A stretch of DNA of 24,000 nucleotides from NCBI GenBank assembly GCA_964619535.1, contig CAZUEX010000006.1, forward strand, positions 6,548-30,547. The letters run 5' to 3'. The first letter of the stretch is position 1; every line of letters starts with the position of its first letter. The translations under genes and the position numbers were made by a program. This DNA comes from an uncultured Leptospiraceae bacterium. Lineage in GTDB: Bacteria; Spirochaetota; Leptospiria; Leptospirales; Leptonemataceae. Shown in pieces: positions 23,107 to 24,000 of this stretch. Under the pieces are notes generated by a model, which made no database searches, had not been told where the DNA came from, and saw only the letters and a list, made by a program, of their open reading frames with translations.

Positions 23107-23306
23107 CCGGTCCGCCTGGAATTGAGACAGGAAAACCTCCCTTTGCAGGTTTTGCAACCGTTATCGGCATTAAACTGCCCCTCCCTTCTTAAATCGCAAG
23201 AAAATTTCTGGCATATTCTTAGAGGAAGAATGCAAAATCACCTGTAGCAAAGTGCAAAACAGCCACCAGATGGCAGGTCCTGCCGATAGAGAGGGATGCA
23301 TTGAAG

Positions 23307-23945
23307 TTAGTCAACGTCACCGACAAAGGGATTGGACTGTCGTTCCTGTCCAAACGTCGACTGAGGCCCATGCCCCGGAACAAATACTATGTCATCTCCA
23401 AGCGGGAACAGGCGATTGCGTATTGAATCGATCAGGGTTTCGTAGCTGCCTCCAGGAAAATCGGTGCGTCCAATAGAGCCAGAAAACAGGACATCGCCAA
23501 CCTGGGCCCATCGCGACTCTTCATCAAAAAAGACAACATGGCCAGGGGTATGTCCCGGGCAATGAATCACTTTCAGCTCTTTTTCGCCAATCTTCACCGT
23601 TTCCTGATGTGCAAGCCAGCGGTCCGGCAAAAAGGAATCGACACGTGGAAAGCCAAACATGCGTGCCTGGCCCGCCAGGTTATCAAGCCAGTACTGATCG
23701 GCTTCATGCGGGCCTTCAATCTCCGCGCCGGTTTCTGCCTTCAGGGCAGCCACTCCGCCAATGTGATCTACATGCCCATGGGTGAGCCAGATCTTTTTTA
23801 CCTTTACGCCTTCTTCTCGTACGACCTGGGCAATGCGATCTACGTCTCCACCCGGGTCGATAACAGCCGCCTCACCTGTTCTGTCGCACCATACAAGTGT
23901 GCAGTTCTGGGCAAAGGAAGTGACCGGTATCACTCGGAAAGGCAT
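23307..23945 (-). CDS. gloC: MBL-fold hydroxyacylglutathione hydrolase, GloC/YcbL type
   Basis: Near-collinear resemblance to E. coli YcbL as I recall it: RVIPVTSFAQNCTLVWC...AAVIDPGGD...LTHGHVDHIGG...HCPGHTPGHVVFFD...GRTDFPGG...PLGDD..FVPGHGP.STFG.ER..NPF. Confidence 0.9.
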   Translation of the reverse strand: MPFRVIPVTSFAQNCTLVWCDRTGEAAVIDPGGDVDRIAQVVREEGVKVKKIWLTHGHVDHIGGVAALKAETGAEIEGPHEADQYWLDNLAGQARMFGFPRVDSFLPDRWLAHQETVKIGEKELKVIHCPGHTPGHVVFFDEESRWAQVGDVLFSGSIGRTDFPGGSYETLIDSIRNRLFPLGDDIVFVPGHGPQSTFGQERQSNPFVGDVD

Positions 23946-24000
23946 GGTTCACTATACGAATACCGAATGCTGGATCAAGCGGAAAGCAATCGCTCCTGTA

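Noticed and set aside
23148-23262. Three copies of TTTTGCA (two on the minus strand, one on the plus strand) upstream of the tandem cyclase as transcription-factor sites
   Set aside because: It is a short A/T-rich heptamer in an A/T-rich intergenic region, with no consistent spacing or dyad symmetry. Chance occurrence cannot be excluded by eye.
1-24000. Scan for CRISPR arrays, tRNA/rRNA genes, IS elements, integrases, long terminal or direct repeats, and defence-island hallmarks
   Set aside because: I found none. All intergenic gaps are under 200 nt and lack cloverleaf-like or repeat-spacer structure, and no ORF resembles a transposase, recombinase or nuclease-helicase defence protein.

Overview
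Gene-dense, chromosomal-looking segment of about 27 genes on both strands. It comes from a diderm bacterium (lpxA, OmpA-type lipoprotein). The GC content looks moderately high by eye. The cyclase-rich content and a DUF327 gene resemble leptospiral-type spirochaetes, but that is only a guess. I found no rRNA, tRNA, CRISPR array, transposase or integrase. Left third: 3' part of a GMC oxidoreductase, a YgiD-like extradiol dioxygenase, a DUF327 protein, a leaderless-looking penicillin-acylase-family Ntn hydrolase, an orphan secreted protein with a catalytically degenerate SDR-like protein, an OmpA lipoprotein, TatD and lpxA. Middle: an ElaB/YqjD-like plus YqjE-like plus J-domain stress module, a CzcD-type CDF exporter, a PAS-GGDEF cyclase, and a translationally coupled DoxX / 6-TM adenylate cyclase / exported thioredoxin operon. 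Right third (most interesting): a co-directional, tightly packed block of DinB-fold protein, NRDE/TANGO2-like protein, a DedA::ATP-grasp fusion and an OlsB-type N-acyltransferase. This block is followed by a CPYC peroxiredoxin-like gene and egtB-egtD (ergothioneine). I read it as a candidate uncharacterised membrane-linked amide-lipid or thiol-conjugate pathway inside a thiol-redox neighbourhood. It is followed by a stand-alone tandem-domain cyclase that closely resembles the mammalian soluble adenylyl cyclase core, and by GloC/YcbL. Two genes in the right-hand block (DinB-fold, peroxiredoxin-like) carry single-base frameshifts visible directly in the sequence. All functional calls come from motif recognition by eye. 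No database search was run.
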